Shown here piece by piece: positions 10,263 to 20,257 of a stretch of 61,116 nucleotides of DNA; within the stretch, counting starts at the first letter, position 1; the number at the start of each line of letters is the position of its first letter. The DNA is from Gemmatimonadota bacterium (GTDB lineage: Bacteria; Gemmatimonadota; Gemmatimonadetes; Palauibacterales; Palauibacteraceae). The notes beneath the pieces are model-generated. The model had not been told where the DNA came from. It worked only from the letters and a program-made list of their open reading frames with translations, and made no database searches. The stretch lies in assembly GCA_027295155.1 (NCBI GenBank), contig JAPULH010000161.1:1-61116 (forward strand). Direction: 5' to 3'. A program made the position numbers and the translations under genes.

Positions 10263-11090
10263 ATGTCCCGCCCCATGCGGTATGTGCCGATCGACCGCCC
10301 TGCGCGGGGTCTGGATCTCGCGGTTCTGGCGGTTCTCGTGGCTCTGTCCCTGGGATTCGCTGCGCTGAGCCCGGAGAGGCAGGTATTTGTTTCACAACAG
10401 CTTCGATCCACTGTCCTCTACCCGTTTCTCAAGCTGCACGAGGCCTTCGCGGAGCACGCGGTAACGATGGGGCGGGTAGCGAGCTTGAACGAGGAGCGCG
10501 ATTCGCTGGTGGCCGAACTGGCTGCGACCCGGCGTGTAGCCTCCCAGGTGAAAGACCTCCGCGGCCTTCTGGCGCTGGAGGCCCTGGAGACGGGTGATTT
10601 CCTGCTAGCGGACCTCGTCCCGGGCCGGCCGCACATCGGTGAGTCGCACAGCTTCCTGGTGACGAAGGGCCGTCGAGACGGTGTCGATCCCCCCGTGGGC
10701 GTGATCGCCGGCGACGGCCTCGTCGGCATCGTTCGGTCGGCTCGATCGGGAGCGGCCGCAGGTCACTTCTGGACCCACCCCGAGTTTCGGGTCAGCGTGC
10801 GAACCGAGTCCGGCGACGCCATCGGGATCGTTCGACCCTGGCGAGACGACGACGGACACCTCGTCATGGAGCTGGAGGGAACCCCGTATCAGCAGGAGGT
10901 GCCGGTGGGCTCGCTGCTCGTGACCTCTGGTGTGGCCGGGTTGTATCCGGCCGGTGTTCCCGTCGGCACCGTGAGGGCCGTGTCCGAGGTGCGTGCGGGT
11001 TGGGCGAAGAGCTACCTGGTGGAGCCCGCGGCGCGACCGGAGCAGGCTGGCGTGGTGCTTCTCTGGCGCCGCCCTCCCGCGCCCGAATAG
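10263..11090 (+). CDS. mreC: Rod shape-determining protein MreC
   Basis: 275 aa with an N-terminal TM/coiled-coil region and then a beta-rich domain (GDGLVGIV..; SLLVTSGVAGLYPAGVPVGTV). It lies between mreB and mreD. Confidence 0.88.
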   Translation: MSRPMRYVPIDRPARGLDLAVLAVLVALSLGFAALSPERQVFVSQQLRSTVLYPFLKLHEAFAEHAVTMGRVASLNEERDSLVAELAATRRVASQVKDLRGLLALEALETGDFLLADLVPGRPHIGESHSFLVTKGRRDGVDPPVGVIAGDGLVGIVRSARSGAAAGHFWTHPEFRVSVRTESGDAIGIVRPWRDDDGHLVMELEGTPYQQEVPVGSLLVTSGVAGLYPAGVPVGTVRAVSEVRAGWAKSYLVEPAARPEQAGVVLLWRRPPAPE

Positions 11091-11120
11091 TGGGCCGCGT
11101 CTCTCCCGTCGGCTGAGCGG

Positions 11121-11582
11121 ATGGCGCGGCCGGGTCTGAGGAACGCTCTACTCCTGTTCGTTCTCGTCGTCCTGCATTTCTCGCTCAGACCGCTCTTCAT
11201 GGAGTGGCCGGTAGCTCCGGACCTGCTCACCGCCGCCGTGTTGCTCGGATCCCTGTCGCTGCGTGCCGGCAACGCCGCTCTTCTGGGCTTCACGCTCGGC
11301 CTGCTCGAAGAGGCCATCGCCCTGGCAGGGGGATGGACGGCTTTGTTGTATACGGTGGCTGGGTTTGCGGGCGCCCGCTTCCGAGATGTGATCTTCGCGG
11401 ATGTGCGGTTCTTTGTGCCCTTGTATCTTTTCTTGGCGACGTGGCTAATCCACGTGGCCATCGCGGCGCTCACGGCGTCACTCGACGTGACCACTGGTCT
11501 CGTGATCGCTCCTGCGGACGCGCTGCTCACGGCGGCGATCGGAGGGCTGGCCGAGAGGCACCTCTTGTCGACGTCGCGTTAG
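11121..11582 (+). CDS. mreD: Rod shape-determining protein MreD
   Basis: 153-aa polytopic hydrophobic protein in the canonical position after mreC. Confidence 0.8.
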   Translation: MARPGLRNALLLFVLVVLHFSLRPLFMEWPVAPDLLTAAVLLGSLSLRAGNAALLGFTLGLLEEAIALAGGWTALLYTVAGFAGARFRDVIFADVRFFVPLYLFLATWLIHVAIAALTASLDVTTGLVIAPADALLTAAIGGLAERHLLSTSR

Positions 11583-11599
11583 CCGTAGAAGGAGAGGGC

Positions 11600-13417
11600 T
11601 TGGCGGAAACGGGCCAAAACGGAAAGAGTCGAAGAAGGGGAGTGGCAGCCGAGGGGTTTCTGCTCGCCGTGTTCGCGCTCCTTGGTCTCGTCTTTTTTCG
11701 CCTGCAGGTGTTGCGAAGCAGTACGTTTGAGCTGCGCTCGCAGGAGAACCGGCTCCGCGCGATCACGGTCCCGGCCCCGCGGGGGACGATCTACGATCGC
11801 CATGGCCGCATCATCGCGGAGAACGTCCCCGGCTACTCCATCTCTCTCCTGCCCGGCAGTTCCGACACGCTGAGGGCCACCCTCGACCGGCTCGCGCCTT
11901 ACGTCCACCTTTCGGAAGCCGAGCGCGACGCTCTTCTCGCCAAGTACGCGCGGTTTCCGACACAGCCTCTTGTCGTCAGGGACGATGCTTCCTTCGCGGA
12001 GGTGTCAGCGATCGAGGAGCGTCGGCCGGAGTTCCCTCGTGCGGTCGTGGAGATGCGGCCGCGGCGACATTACCCGGCGGCTCAAGCGATCGCGCACCTT
12101 GTCGGCTACGTCGGCGAGATCAGCGGGGCGGAGCTGGAACGGCCCGAGTACCTCGGCTATGATCCGGGGCGGATCGTAGGGAAGGACGGGATCGAGCGGC
12201 AGTATGAGGCCACGCTTGGAGGCGTCCCGGGGGTGCGTTTCGTTGAGGTGAACGCTCTCGGCTCAATCGTCGGTGATTTCGGTCCCAGACCCGCCATCGA
12301 GGTGCGCCCGGGTACGGACCTGACGCTCGGACTGGACCTCGCGCTGCAGCAGTATGTCGATTCGACCTTTCCCGAGGGAATGCGGGGAGGCGTCGTGGCG
12401 CTGGATCCGAGCAGTGGCGATGTCCTCGTGCTCTACAGCCATCCCACCTTCGATCCCAACGCGTTCATCGGCGGGATAGATGTGGGGCTCTGGCGGTCGC
12501 TCCGGGACGATCCGGCCCTCCCGCTGCTCAACCGCGTTTCGACGGCATCCTACCCCCCGGGCTCGATCTTCAAGCTGGTTGTCGCGGCTGCCGGGATGGC
12601 CGACGGGAAGCTTTCGATCTCCTCCTATATGCCGACGACGTGTGGCGGTGGACTCGCCTACGGCAACCGGTTCTTCCGGTGCTGGAAACCGGGCGGTCAT
12701 GGTCTGCTGCCCCTCGCCCGCGCCATTCAGGAGAGCTGCAACGTGTACTTCTACCAGGCGGGGATGCGAGTCGGGCTGGACGGCCTCCTCGCTGCGGCGA
12801 CGCGGTACGGTTTCCACGACCCTACCGGGATCGACCTGCCTTACGAGACGTCGGGCGTCTTCCCTCCCTCCCGGGAGTGGTTCGATGAGCGTTACGGAAC
12901 GCGCGGATGGACGCAGTCGGTCGTGCTCAACCTCTCGATTGGGCAGGGCGAGAACCAGCAATCGCTGCTCAGGATGGCCCAGTTCTATTCGGCGCTTGCC
13001 ACGGGAGGTTCCCCGATCGTGCCGCACATCGTTCGGAGCGAGGGTCTGGCCAGCCGGCGCGCGACATGGGGGCTTGATCTGACGGAGGCTCGCCGCCGAC
13101 AGCTGGTGGCGGCGCTCACGGCCGTCGTGAACGAGCCCGGCGGCACCGCGTATGCGTACCGATCCACGCGCTGGAGGATCGCGGGCAAGACGGGCACCTC
13201 GCAGAACCCCCAGGGCCTGCCGCACTCCTGGTTCGTGGGCTTCGCTCCCCCCGAGAACCCGGAGATCGTCATCGCGGCCATCGTCGAGTTCGGTCACCCC
13301 GACAACCAGGTCTCGCTTGCCGTGCCGTACGGCATCGGGATCTTGGAGCGCTATCTGGACTCCCTCTACCCGGAGGTGCCGTTCCCTCGGGGCGTGAGCG
13401 ACGCGTACACGCCGTGA
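11600..13417 (+). CDS. mrdA: Penicillin-binding protein 2 (elongasome transpeptidase)
   Basis: PBP dimerisation and transpeptidase domains (RGTIYDRHGRIIA; SIFK = SxxK; KTGTSQ = KTG). I place the start at TTG 11600, preceded by GAAGGAGAGG. The ORF-track extension back to 11204 overlaps mreD in another frame. Confidence 0.93.
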   Translation: MAETGQNGKSRRRGVAAEGFLLAVFALLGLVFFRLQVLRSSTFELRSQENRLRAITVPAPRGTIYDRHGRIIAENVPGYSISLLPGSSDTLRATLDRLAPYVHLSEAERDALLAKYARFPTQPLVVRDDASFAEVSAIEERRPEFPRAVVEMRPRRHYPAAQAIAHLVGYVGEISGAELERPEYLGYDPGRIVGKDGIERQYEATLGGVPGVRFVEVNALGSIVGDFGPRPAIEVRPGTDLTLGLDLALQQYVDSTFPEGMRGGVVALDPSSGDVLVLYSHPTFDPNAFIGGIDVGLWRSLRDDPALPLLNRVSTASYPPGSIFKLVVAAAGMADGKLSISSYMPTTCGGGLAYGNRFFRCWKPGGHGLLPLARAIQESCNVYFYQAGMRVGLDGLLAAATRYGFHDPTGIDLPYETSGVFPPSREWFDERYGTRGWTQSVVLNLSIGQGENQQSLLRMAQFYSALATGGSPIVPHIVRSEGLASRRATWGLDLTEARRRQLVAALTAVVNEPGGTAYAYRSTRWRIAGKTGTSQNPQGLPHSWFVGFAPPENPEIVIAAIVEFGHPDNQVSLAVPYGIGILERYLDSLYPEVPFPRGVSDAYTP

Positions 13418-14637
13418 AGGTCGACTGGAAGTCGACGCTCTGGCCTGGAGGGGATCCTCGCGTTCCGGGCCTGGCCCTTCTCCTGTCGCTGCTCGGGATC
13501 GCGATGATTTACTCGGCCGGGCATGTGGACGTGCCATCCGTCGCGACCGGCGCATGGCGCAAGCAGCTCATCTGGCTGGGCATGGCGCTCGTGGCCTTCG
13601 TCGTCGTCAGCCGGATCCCGCTCCGATGGCTGGATTGGGCCTCCGTGTGGCTGTATGTGGCGTCGATCGTGCTTCTGGTGGTGGTTCTCTTGATCGGCAG
13701 AGGCCCGAACACGCGTAGCTGGCTCTACGTCGGTCCCGTCGGAATGCAGCCGGCGGAGTTTGCCAAGCTAGCGACGATCCTCCTGCTGTCGAGGACGTTC
13801 TCCTCGGGCCGGGAGTCCATCGACCGCCTGTCGCAGCTCATCCGGCCGGTGCTTATCGTCCTCCTCCCGGTGTCCCTCGTTGCTCTCCAGCCGGATCTGG
13901 GCAGCTCGATGGTGTTCGGTGCGATTCTGATCGCAGGGCTCTTCTGGGCCGGTGTTCCACTGGCGACGCTTTTCATGCTCGTCAGCCCGGGGATCAGCCT
14001 CTTGCTGGGCTTCTCACCGGTAGTATGGGGGGTGTGGTTCGTGGCTCTCGCCGTGTTCCTCTACCTGCATCGCCCTTACGCGGCCGAGGGGATCTTGGTG
14101 CTCCTGGCCAACGTCGCGGGGGGAGCTCTCACGCTGCCCCTCTGGCGCAGCCTGGCGCCGTACCAGCAAAACCGACTGATCGTGTTTCTCGACCCCACCG
14201 TGGATCCACGCGGCGCCGGATGGCATCTGATCCAGTCGAAGGTGGCGATCGGATCCGGGGGGTGGTACGGGCAGGGGTTCACTCAGGGCCCCCAGAAGCG
14301 GCTGGCTTTTCTTCCCGAGCAACACACGGATTTCATCTTCTCCGTGGTCGGGGAGGAGCTGGGGTTTCTCGGAGTAGCGATCTTTCTCCTTCTCCTCGGA
14401 TGGTTTCTTCACCGCGTGCTTGCGGTAGCGCGGGCCGCCGAGGATCGGTTCCCCAGCCTGGTCGTCTTCTGCCTGTTTGCCGTCTGGTTGGTCCACGTCA
14501 TCATCAACGTCGGGATGACCGTGGGGCTCATGCCGATCACCGGGCTCCCTCTTCCGTTCTTGAGCTACGGTGGGAGCTTCTTGCTCATGCTCTTCGTGGG
14601 CCTCGCCATCGTCTCTCGAGCTTCGGCCGAGGCCTGA
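13414..14637 (+). CDS. rodA: SEDS-family peptidoglycan polymerase RodA
   Basis: 407-aa polytopic FtsW/RodA/SpoVE-family protein (..QSKVAIGSGGWYGQGF..; PITGLPLPFLSYGGS). The start makes a GTGA overlap with the mrdA stop. Confidence 0.93.
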   Translation: MKVDWKSTLWPGGDPRVPGLALLLSLLGIAMIYSAGHVDVPSVATGAWRKQLIWLGMALVAFVVVSRIPLRWLDWASVWLYVASIVLLVVVLLIGRGPNTRSWLYVGPVGMQPAEFAKLATILLLSRTFSSGRESIDRLSQLIRPVLIVLLPVSLVALQPDLGSSMVFGAILIAGLFWAGVPLATLFMLVSPGISLLLGFSPVVWGVWFVALAVFLYLHRPYAAEGILVLLANVAGGALTLPLWRSLAPYQQNRLIVFLDPTVDPRGAGWHLIQSKVAIGSGGWYGQGFTQGPQKRLAFLPEQHTDFIFSVVGEELGFLGVAIFLLLLGWFLHRVLAVARAAEDRFPSLVVFCLFAVWLVHVIINVGMTVGLMPITGLPLPFLSYGGSFLLMLFVGLAIVSRASAEA

Positions 14638-14728
14638 GCAGGTGTCGGCCGAACCCTGCATCTACGCGAACGCCTTCGCCGGGCTACCACATCCGGTATA
14701 TTCTTGGAAAGGATTCCCGGTAGCTGCC

Positions 14729-15562
14729 ATGTCCTGGTTCAAGAAACCGAAACAGAAGCTGGTCTCCCAGAAGCGTGAGCTCGCGGCCGACGTCTGGATG
14801 AAGTGCGACGGGTGCGGGGAGATCTTGTACGAGCGCCGGCTCGCCGAAAGGACGCATGTCTGTCCGGAGTGCGGCCACCACTTCCGTATCCCTGCCGACG
14901 AGTACATCGCGTTGCTCCTGGATGACGGCTTCTTGGAGGAGTTCGACACGGGCCTGCGCTCCACCGATCCGCTGGAGTTCGTGGACTCGAAGCCGTACGC
15001 AGAGCGGCTCCGCGCGGCGATCGAAGAGGTGGGTCCTGCGGACGCTATCAGGACAGGCCGGGGACGGCTCGAGGACCGGGTCGTACATCTCGGCGCGATG
15101 GATTTTCGCTTCATTGGCGGTTCCATGGGCTCGGTGGTGGGCGAGAAGATTCGCCGGCTCGCAGACCGGGCGAGAGAGGAGCGAAGTCCGCTGATCATGG
15201 TGTCCGCTTCCGGTGGGGCACGGATGCAGGAGGGCATCTTCTCGCTGATGCAGATGGCGAAGACAGCCTCCGCGCTCCAGCGCTTGTCCGAGGAAGGCGT
15301 CCCGTTCGTGAGCGTGCTGACCCATCCCACCACCGGTGGAGTAACGGCGAGCCACGCCATGCTCGGCGATGTCATCCTCTCGGAGCCCGGTGCGCTGATC
15401 GGCTTTGCCGGACCGAGGGTGATCAAGGAGACGATCCGGCAGGATCTTCCGGAAGGCTTCCAGCGCGCCGAGTTCCTGCTCAGCCACGGCATGGTGGATC
15501 GCATCGTGCCGCGAACCGAGCTGAAGTCCACGCTCTCCGTTCTCTTGCGCCACATGTGCTGA
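14729..15562 (+). CDS. accD: Acetyl-CoA carboxylase carboxyltransferase beta subunit
   Basis: MSWFKKPKQK.. N-terminus, the zinc ribbon CDGCGEILY..CPECGHHFR and a carboxyltransferase domain. The real start is ATG 14729; the ORF-track start at 14570 overlaps rodA. Confidence 0.95.
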   Translation: MSWFKKPKQKLVSQKRELAADVWMKCDGCGEILYERRLAERTHVCPECGHHFRIPADEYIALLLDDGFLEEFDTGLRSTDPLEFVDSKPYAERLRAAIEEVGPADAIRTGRGRLEDRVVHLGAMDFRFIGGSMGSVVGEKIRRLADRAREERSPLIMVSASGGARMQEGIFSLMQMAKTASALQRLSEEGVPFVSVLTHPTTGGVTASHAMLGDVILSEPGALIGFAGPRVIKETIRQDLPEGFQRAEFLLSHGMVDRIVPRTELKSTLSVLLRHMC

Positions 15563-16968
15563 GCTCCGCCGCATCGCGCCGGGCGCGTGCTTCGGCCGCT
15601 GAGGCCTCCCGATCCGAGTTTGAGCGCCTTCTGGACCGGCCGCTCGGCCACATCCGTTGGGGCCTGGGCCGCATCTCCCGGATGCTGGCGTCGCTGGGCG
15701 ATCCGCAGGGAACGTTCGAGGTCTTCCACGTCGGCGGGACGAACGGGAAGGGTTCGGTCGCCGCGATCGCCGAGGCGGTGATCGGGCGCCAGGGGTTGGC
15801 CGGTCTCTACACGTCGCCGCACCTGTCGGAGTTTGCCGAGCGAATCCGGATCGCTGGGCGGCCGGCGTCGGCGGAGCTGCTCGAGCGCTGCGCCGGTCGG
15901 GTCCGCCCGCTGGTGGAGCGAGAGGGCGCGACGTACTTCGAGGCGGCGACCGCTCTCGCCTTCCTGGCGTTCGCCGAGGCGGGTGTACGCGACGCGGTGG
16001 TGGAAGTGGGCCTGGGGGGACGGCTGGATGCCACGAACGTCGTCGGTCCGCGGGCGTGTGCGATCGCGAGTGTCGGCCTCGACCACCGGGAGTATCTGGG
16101 AGACTCGCTGGGTGAGGTGGCTGCCGAGAAGGCGGGCATCCTGAAGCCCGGCGTGCCGGCGGCGCTCGGCGTGCTTCCGGACGAGGCTGCCCGGGTCGTG
16201 TCCGCCCGGGCGCGAGCGCTGGGGCTGAAGACCTTCGTGTTGGGACGGGATGTGCGGATCGACGATGTGTCCGTGGATGCTTCGGGCACCAACTTCACCT
16301 ATGCGTCCCCGGCGCTGCCGGGTGGGGTGCTCCTCCGGGTGCCGTTGCCGGGCGGCCACAAGGCGAGCAACGCAGCTGTAGCGCTCATGATGCTGGAGTT
16401 GGCCAGAAGGCTTCCGGCCGCGAAGGACCTCCGAAGCGCGCTGAAGGAGGTCCGCTGGCCGGGAAGGTTCGAACGGTTGCCCGGAGGCGATGGTGATTGG
16501 ATACTGGACGTCGCTCACAACCCGGATGCCGCGCGGGCGCTCGCCGATACGCTCCAGGAGGTGGATCCCGGGCGGCCGCTGGTGTTCGTCCTCGCCGTTC
16601 AGCGACGGAAGGCGTGGCGGGAGATGCTGAGGATCCTGGCGGGCCCGGCGCACGCCATCGTGCTGACGACGGCGCCGTCTCACCCGCCGGGCGCGGCGTG
16701 GGACCTGGAGGAGGCGGCTCGCTTCGGGAGGAGCGCTGCGGGGGCCAACGCGCCGAGCGTGGCCGGTCGGCGGGCCCCCACCGGACCGCGCGTAGAGGTG
16801 GTTGCCCGGCTCGAGGCGGCGCTGGAAAGAGCCCGCGAACTCGCGGGGCACGGTACGGTAGTAGTGGCGGGCTCGTGCCACGTGGTAGGCGATGCGCGCA
16901 GCATTCTCGCGCTCGATGCCTGCGGCGCTCGTAACGTGACCCACCGTACTTCTTCAACAGCCATCTAG
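15556..16968 (+). CDS. folC: Dihydrofolate synthase / folylpolyglutamate synthase
   Basis: Mur-ligase P-loop HVGGTNGKGSV. accD-folC is a classic pairing. The last ~14 codons are supplied by dispersed repeat copy A. Confidence 0.9.
   Translation: MLSSAASRRARASAAEASRSEFERLLDRPLGHIRWGLGRISRMLASLGDPQGTFEVFHVGGTNGKGSVAAIAEAVIGRQGLAGLYTSPHLSEFAERIRIAGRPASAELLERCAGRVRPLVEREGATYFEAATALAFLAFAEAGVRDAVVEVGLGGRLDATNVVGPRACAIASVGLDHREYLGDSLGEVAAEKAGILKPGVPAALGVLPDEAARVVSARARALGLKTFVLGRDVRIDDVSVDASGTNFTYASPALPGGVLLRVPLPGGHKASNAAVALMMLELARRLPAAKDLRSALKEVRWPGRFERLPGGDGDWILDVAHNPDAARALADTLQEVDPGRPLVFVLAVQRRKAWREMLRILAGPAHAIVLTTAPSHPPGAAWDLEEAARFGRSAAGANAPSVAGRRAPTGPRVEVVARLEAALERARELAGHGTVVVAGSCHVVGDARSILALDACGARNVTHRTSSTAI
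16923..16966 (+). repeat. Dispersed repeat copy A (44 nt; core GTGACCCACCGTACTTCTTCAAC)
   Basis: Sequence cggcgctcgtaacgtgacccaccgtacttcttcaacagccatct. It is 41/44 identical to the reverse complement of 52182-52225 and 29/32 identical to 52441-52472. It ends 21 nt before the bacilliredoxin-like start codon. Confidence 0.85.
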
Positions 16969-16987
16969 ATAGGAGAGGAGCGAAGCG

Positions 16988-17416
16988 ATGCCATACGATC
17001 CGGTGCTGGTTCAGCCGATGCGCGACGAGTTGACGCGCCTCGGCGCTCGAGAGCTGTCGACGACTGAGGAGGTGGACAGAGCGCTGGGGCCAGGCTCCGG
17101 GACGGTGTTGGTCGTCGTGAACTCGGTCTGCGGTTGCGCGGCCCAGAACGCCCGGCCGGCCGTGGCCCTGGCCATCAAGCACGCGGTTCGGCCGGACGAC
17201 ATGGTGACCGTTTTCGCGGGCCAGGACGTGGAAGCAACGGCCCGGGCGCGTTCCTATTTCGCGGGCTACCGAGCCTCGTCTCCGTCGATCGCTGTCCTGC
17301 AGGACGGGGAGGTGGCCTTCATGCTCGAGCGGCACCAGATCGAGGGCCGGAGCGCCGAGGCGATCGCGGCGGAGCTGACGGCGGCCTTCGACCAATTCTG
17401 TGGAGCCAGCGCGTAG
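16988..17416 (+). CDS. Bacilliredoxin-like thiol oxidoreductase (YphP/YqiW, DUF1094 family)
   Basis: 142 aa with a thioredoxin-like fold and the family-typical VVNSVCGCAA (CGC) active site. An RBS GGAGAGGAG lies upstream. Confidence 0.8.
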   Translation: MPYDPVLVQPMRDELTRLGARELSTTEEVDRALGPGSGTVLVVVNSVCGCAAQNARPAVALAIKHAVRPDDMVTVFAGQDVEATARARSYFAGYRASSPSIAVLQDGEVAFMLERHQIEGRSAEAIAAELTAAFDQFCGASA

Positions 17417-18710
17417 CCTCTCCGGCGGTGGCGTGACCTTATCCAGCCTTCCCGGCTTCCGGGACTTCTACCCCGAAGACTTCGCGTTGCGCGACCACAT
17501 CGTGTCGGGTTGGAGGGAGGTGGCCCGCCGGTACGGCTTCGTGGAGTACGATGGACCGCCGCTCGAACCGCTCGAGCTGTATACGGACAAGTCGGGGCCG
17601 GAGATCGTCGATCAGCTCTATACCTTCGTCGACAAGGGCAACCGCGCGGTCGCCCTGCGGCCCGAGATGACGCCGACGCTCGCCCGCATGGTTGGAGCGC
17701 GGGCGCAGGCTCTGCCCAAGCCGATCAAGTGGTTCTCCATACCGCAGCTCTTCCGGTACGAGCGGCCGCAGCGGGGCCGGCTGCGGGAACACCTCCAGCT
17801 CAACATGGACATCGTGGGGGAAACCGACGTCATGTCGGATGCCGAGTTGGTCGCGGCGGCGATCGATGCGGTTCGCCATTTCGGCCTGAACAGTGAGGAC
17901 TTCACGGCGCGGGTGTCCGACCGCCGGCTTATCGGGATCGTGCTGCAGGAGGTGGGCGTGCCGGAGGGAAGGATAGTGGAGGCGATCCTCGCTCTGGACA
18001 GGGCGGAGCGCCAGGGAGATGAGTGGCTGGCGGCGCGCCTCACGGAGCTCGGGGTCGATGAGGCGGGTGTCCGATCTGTCCTCGACGTGAGGGGACACGA
18101 TCTGGATGGCCTGACCGCCCACTTCGCCGGCTCACGGGACGTCGCCGAGGCCGCGGACAGGCTGCGCGCTTTCTTCGCACTCATGTCGGATCACGGCCTG
18201 TCCGCCTACGTGACGTTCGATTCCCGCCTGGTGCGAGGCCTCGCCTACTACACCGGGCTGGTGTTCGAGCTGTGGGAGCGGGAGGGCCGACTCAGGGCGA
18301 TCTGTGGGGGCGGCCGTTACGATGACCTGCTGGCGGCGCTCGGCGGCCCGGACCTCCCGGCGCTGGGCTTCGGCATGGGCGATGTCGTCCTGGGCGAGCT
18401 GCTGAAGGAGAAGGGGCTCGCCCCGGAGCGCCAGGCCTCGGTTGACGACTTCGTCGTGTACGTGACACTGGCCCAGCGCTCCGCTGCCATTCGGGTCGCG
18501 CGCCGACTGAGAGAGCGGGGGAGAGGCGTTGCCATGGACTACCGGGGCCGCAGCGTGGGGCGGCAGTTTCGCGCCGCCGATCAGCTCGGAGCGTCGCGGA
18601 CGATCGTCATAGGCCCCGATGAGGAGCGGGACCGTACCGCGTCGGTTCGCGACATGGCGACGGGAGAGGAAAAGGTCGTGCCCCTCGTCGAGTTGATCGA
18701 GGGCGTCTGA
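17400..18710 (+). CDS. hisS: Histidine--tRNA ligase
   Basis: Class II HisRS motifs ([45 protein letters not shown]) and an anticodon-binding C-terminus. The start is either GTG 17400 or GTG 17433. Confidence 0.94.
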   Translation: MEPARSLSGGGVTLSSLPGFRDFYPEDFALRDHIVSGWREVARRYGFVEYDGPPLEPLELYTDKSGPEIVDQLYTFVDKGNRAVALRPEMTPTLARMVGARAQALPKPIKWFSIPQLFRYERPQRGRLREHLQLNMDIVGETDVMSDAELVAAAIDAVRHFGLNSEDFTARVSDRRLIGIVLQEVGVPEGRIVEAILALDRAERQGDEWLAARLTELGVDEAGVRSVLDVRGHDLDGLTAHFAGSRDVAEAADRLRAFFALMSDHGLSAYVTFDSRLVRGLAYYTGLVFELWEREGRLRAICGGGRYDDLLAALGGPDLPALGFGMGDVVLGELLKEKGLAPERQASVDDFVVYVTLAQRSAAIRVARRLRERGRGVAMDYRGRSVGRQFRAADQLGASRTIVIGPDEERDRTASVRDMATGEEKVVPLVELIEGV

Positions 18711-18711
18711 G

Positions 18712-20253
18712 ATGGCCGACCGCATCCTCATCCTCGATTACGGTTCCCAGTACACGCAGCTCATCGCGCGCCGCATCCGCGAGGAGCGAGTCTACTGTGA
18801 GATCCATCCGCCGGACCGATCGCCGGGCTGGATCCGGGAGTGGGATCCGGCGGGGATCATCCTCTCGGGAGGCCCGTCGAGCGTCTACGACAATGAGGTC
18901 CCGGGCACCGATCCGGAGCTTCTGGAGGTGGGCGTGCCGCTCCTGGGCGTCTGCTACGGCATGCAGCTCATCGGGCAGCTGGCGGGCGGTCATGTCGTGC
19001 GGGCCGGCCGCCGGGAGTACGGTAGTGCCGTTCTCGAGATCGTGGTCGCAGACCGGCTCTTCAACGGCTTCGAGTCGGGCGAGGAGATCACGGTGTGGAT
19101 GAGCCACGGGGATCACCTGAGCGAGCCCCCGCCGGGCTACGAGGTGCTGGCGCGCACCGAGAGCAGTCCGGTGGCCGCCTTCCGGGCGGTCGATCGAGAG
19201 GTGTACGGCGTGCAGTTTCACCCGGAGGTCATGCACACGGCGCGGGGCGAGGAGATCCTGGAGAACTTCGTCTTCGGGATCGCCGGCTGCGCCGGTGAGT
19301 GGACGCCCGGTTGCATCGTAGAGACGCAGGTGAGGAGGGTGCGGGAGCGGGTGGGTGACGAGCAGGTGATCTGTGGTCTTTCGGGAGGCGTGGACTCGGC
19401 CGTGGCCGCTGTCCTGGTTCACCGCGCCGTCGGAGACCGTCTCACGTGTGTCTTCGTCGACAACGGAACGCTTCGAAAAGGAGAGCGGCGCTCTGTCGAG
19501 CGTGTGTTCCGGGAGCACTTTGGGATGCGGCTGGAGGTGGTGGATGCCTCGAGCCTCTTCCTCGAGCGGCTCGCCGGCGTAACCGATCCGGAGGAGAAGC
19601 GGATCCGAATCGGGCACACGTTCATCGACGTGTTCGAAGAGGCGGCGCGCGGTGTCGGGGGTGCCCGTTTCCTGGTCCAGGGGACCCTGTATCCGGATGT
19701 GATCGAGTCGGTTGCGGTGCGCGGTCCATCCGCGACGATCAAGTCACACCACAACGTGGGCGGGCTCCGTCCGGACATGCCGTTCGAGCTCATCGAGCCC
19801 CTGCGTGAGCTGTTCAAGGACGAGGTTCGACAGGTGGGCCGGGAGCTCGGGCTGCCGGAGGAGCTCCTCAGGCGTCACCCGTTCCCGGGGCCCGGGCTGG
19901 CTGTGCGCGTTCTCGGCGAGGTGACGGAGGAGCGGCTCGCGGTCCTTCGCGAGGCGGATGCCATCTATCTGGAAGAGATCCAGGCCGCGGAGCTGTACGA
20001 CGAGATCTGGCAGGCGTTCGCGGTGTTCCTCCCCGTACGCTCCGTGGGCGTGATGGGAGACGCTCGCACGTACGAGAACGTGATCGTCCTTCGGGCCGTG
20101 ACCAGTCGCGACGGCATGACGGCGGACTGGTTTCAGTTTCCCCACGATGTGCTGGGCCGTATCTCTAACCGCATCATCAACGAGGTGGAGGGCGTGAACC
20201 GGGTGGCGTACGACGTCTCGTCGAAGCCGCCCGCCACGATCGAGTGGGAATAG
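18712..20253 (+). CDS. guaA: GMP synthase (glutamine-hydrolysing)
   Basis: GATase domain (GVCYGMQL), the ATP-PPase motif [10 protein letters not shown] and the C-terminus ..KPPATIEWE; 513 aa. Confidence 0.97.
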   Translation: MADRILILDYGSQYTQLIARRIREERVYCEIHPPDRSPGWIREWDPAGIILSGGPSSVYDNEVPGTDPELLEVGVPLLGVCYGMQLIGQLAGGHVVRAGRREYGSAVLEIVVADRLFNGFESGEEITVWMSHGDHLSEPPPGYEVLARTESSPVAAFRAVDREVYGVQFHPEVMHTARGEEILENFVFGIAGCAGEWTPGCIVETQVRRVRERVGDEQVICGLSGGVDSAVAAVLVHRAVGDRLTCVFVDNGTLRKGERRSVERVFREHFGMRLEVVDASSLFLERLAGVTDPEEKRIRIGHTFIDVFEEAARGVGGARFLVQGTLYPDVIESVAVRGPSATIKSHHNVGGLRPDMPFELIEPLRELFKDEVRQVGRELGLPEELLRRHPFPGPGLAVRVLGEVTEERLAVLREADAIYLEEIQAAELYDEIWQAFAVFLPVRSVGVMGDARTYENVIVLRAVTSRDGMTADWFQFPHDVLGRISNRIINEVEGVNRVAYDVSSKPPATIEWE

Positions 20254-20257
20254 CCGA

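Noticed and set aside
11204-11599. 5' extensions of ORF-track entries into the preceding gene: mrdA from 11204, accD from 14570, OPT from 25562, hsp20 from 30736, the lipoprotein from 33989, trxA from 35839, purH from 44287, msrP from 45930, ctaC from 46768, aroA from 56877, DUF503 from 1587, and the epimerase ORF extended to 36879.
   Set aside because: Family-typical N-termini, RBS-like purine tracts and stop/start overlaps all point to the downstream starts I list. The extensions overlap neighbouring genes and are compositionally non-protein-like.
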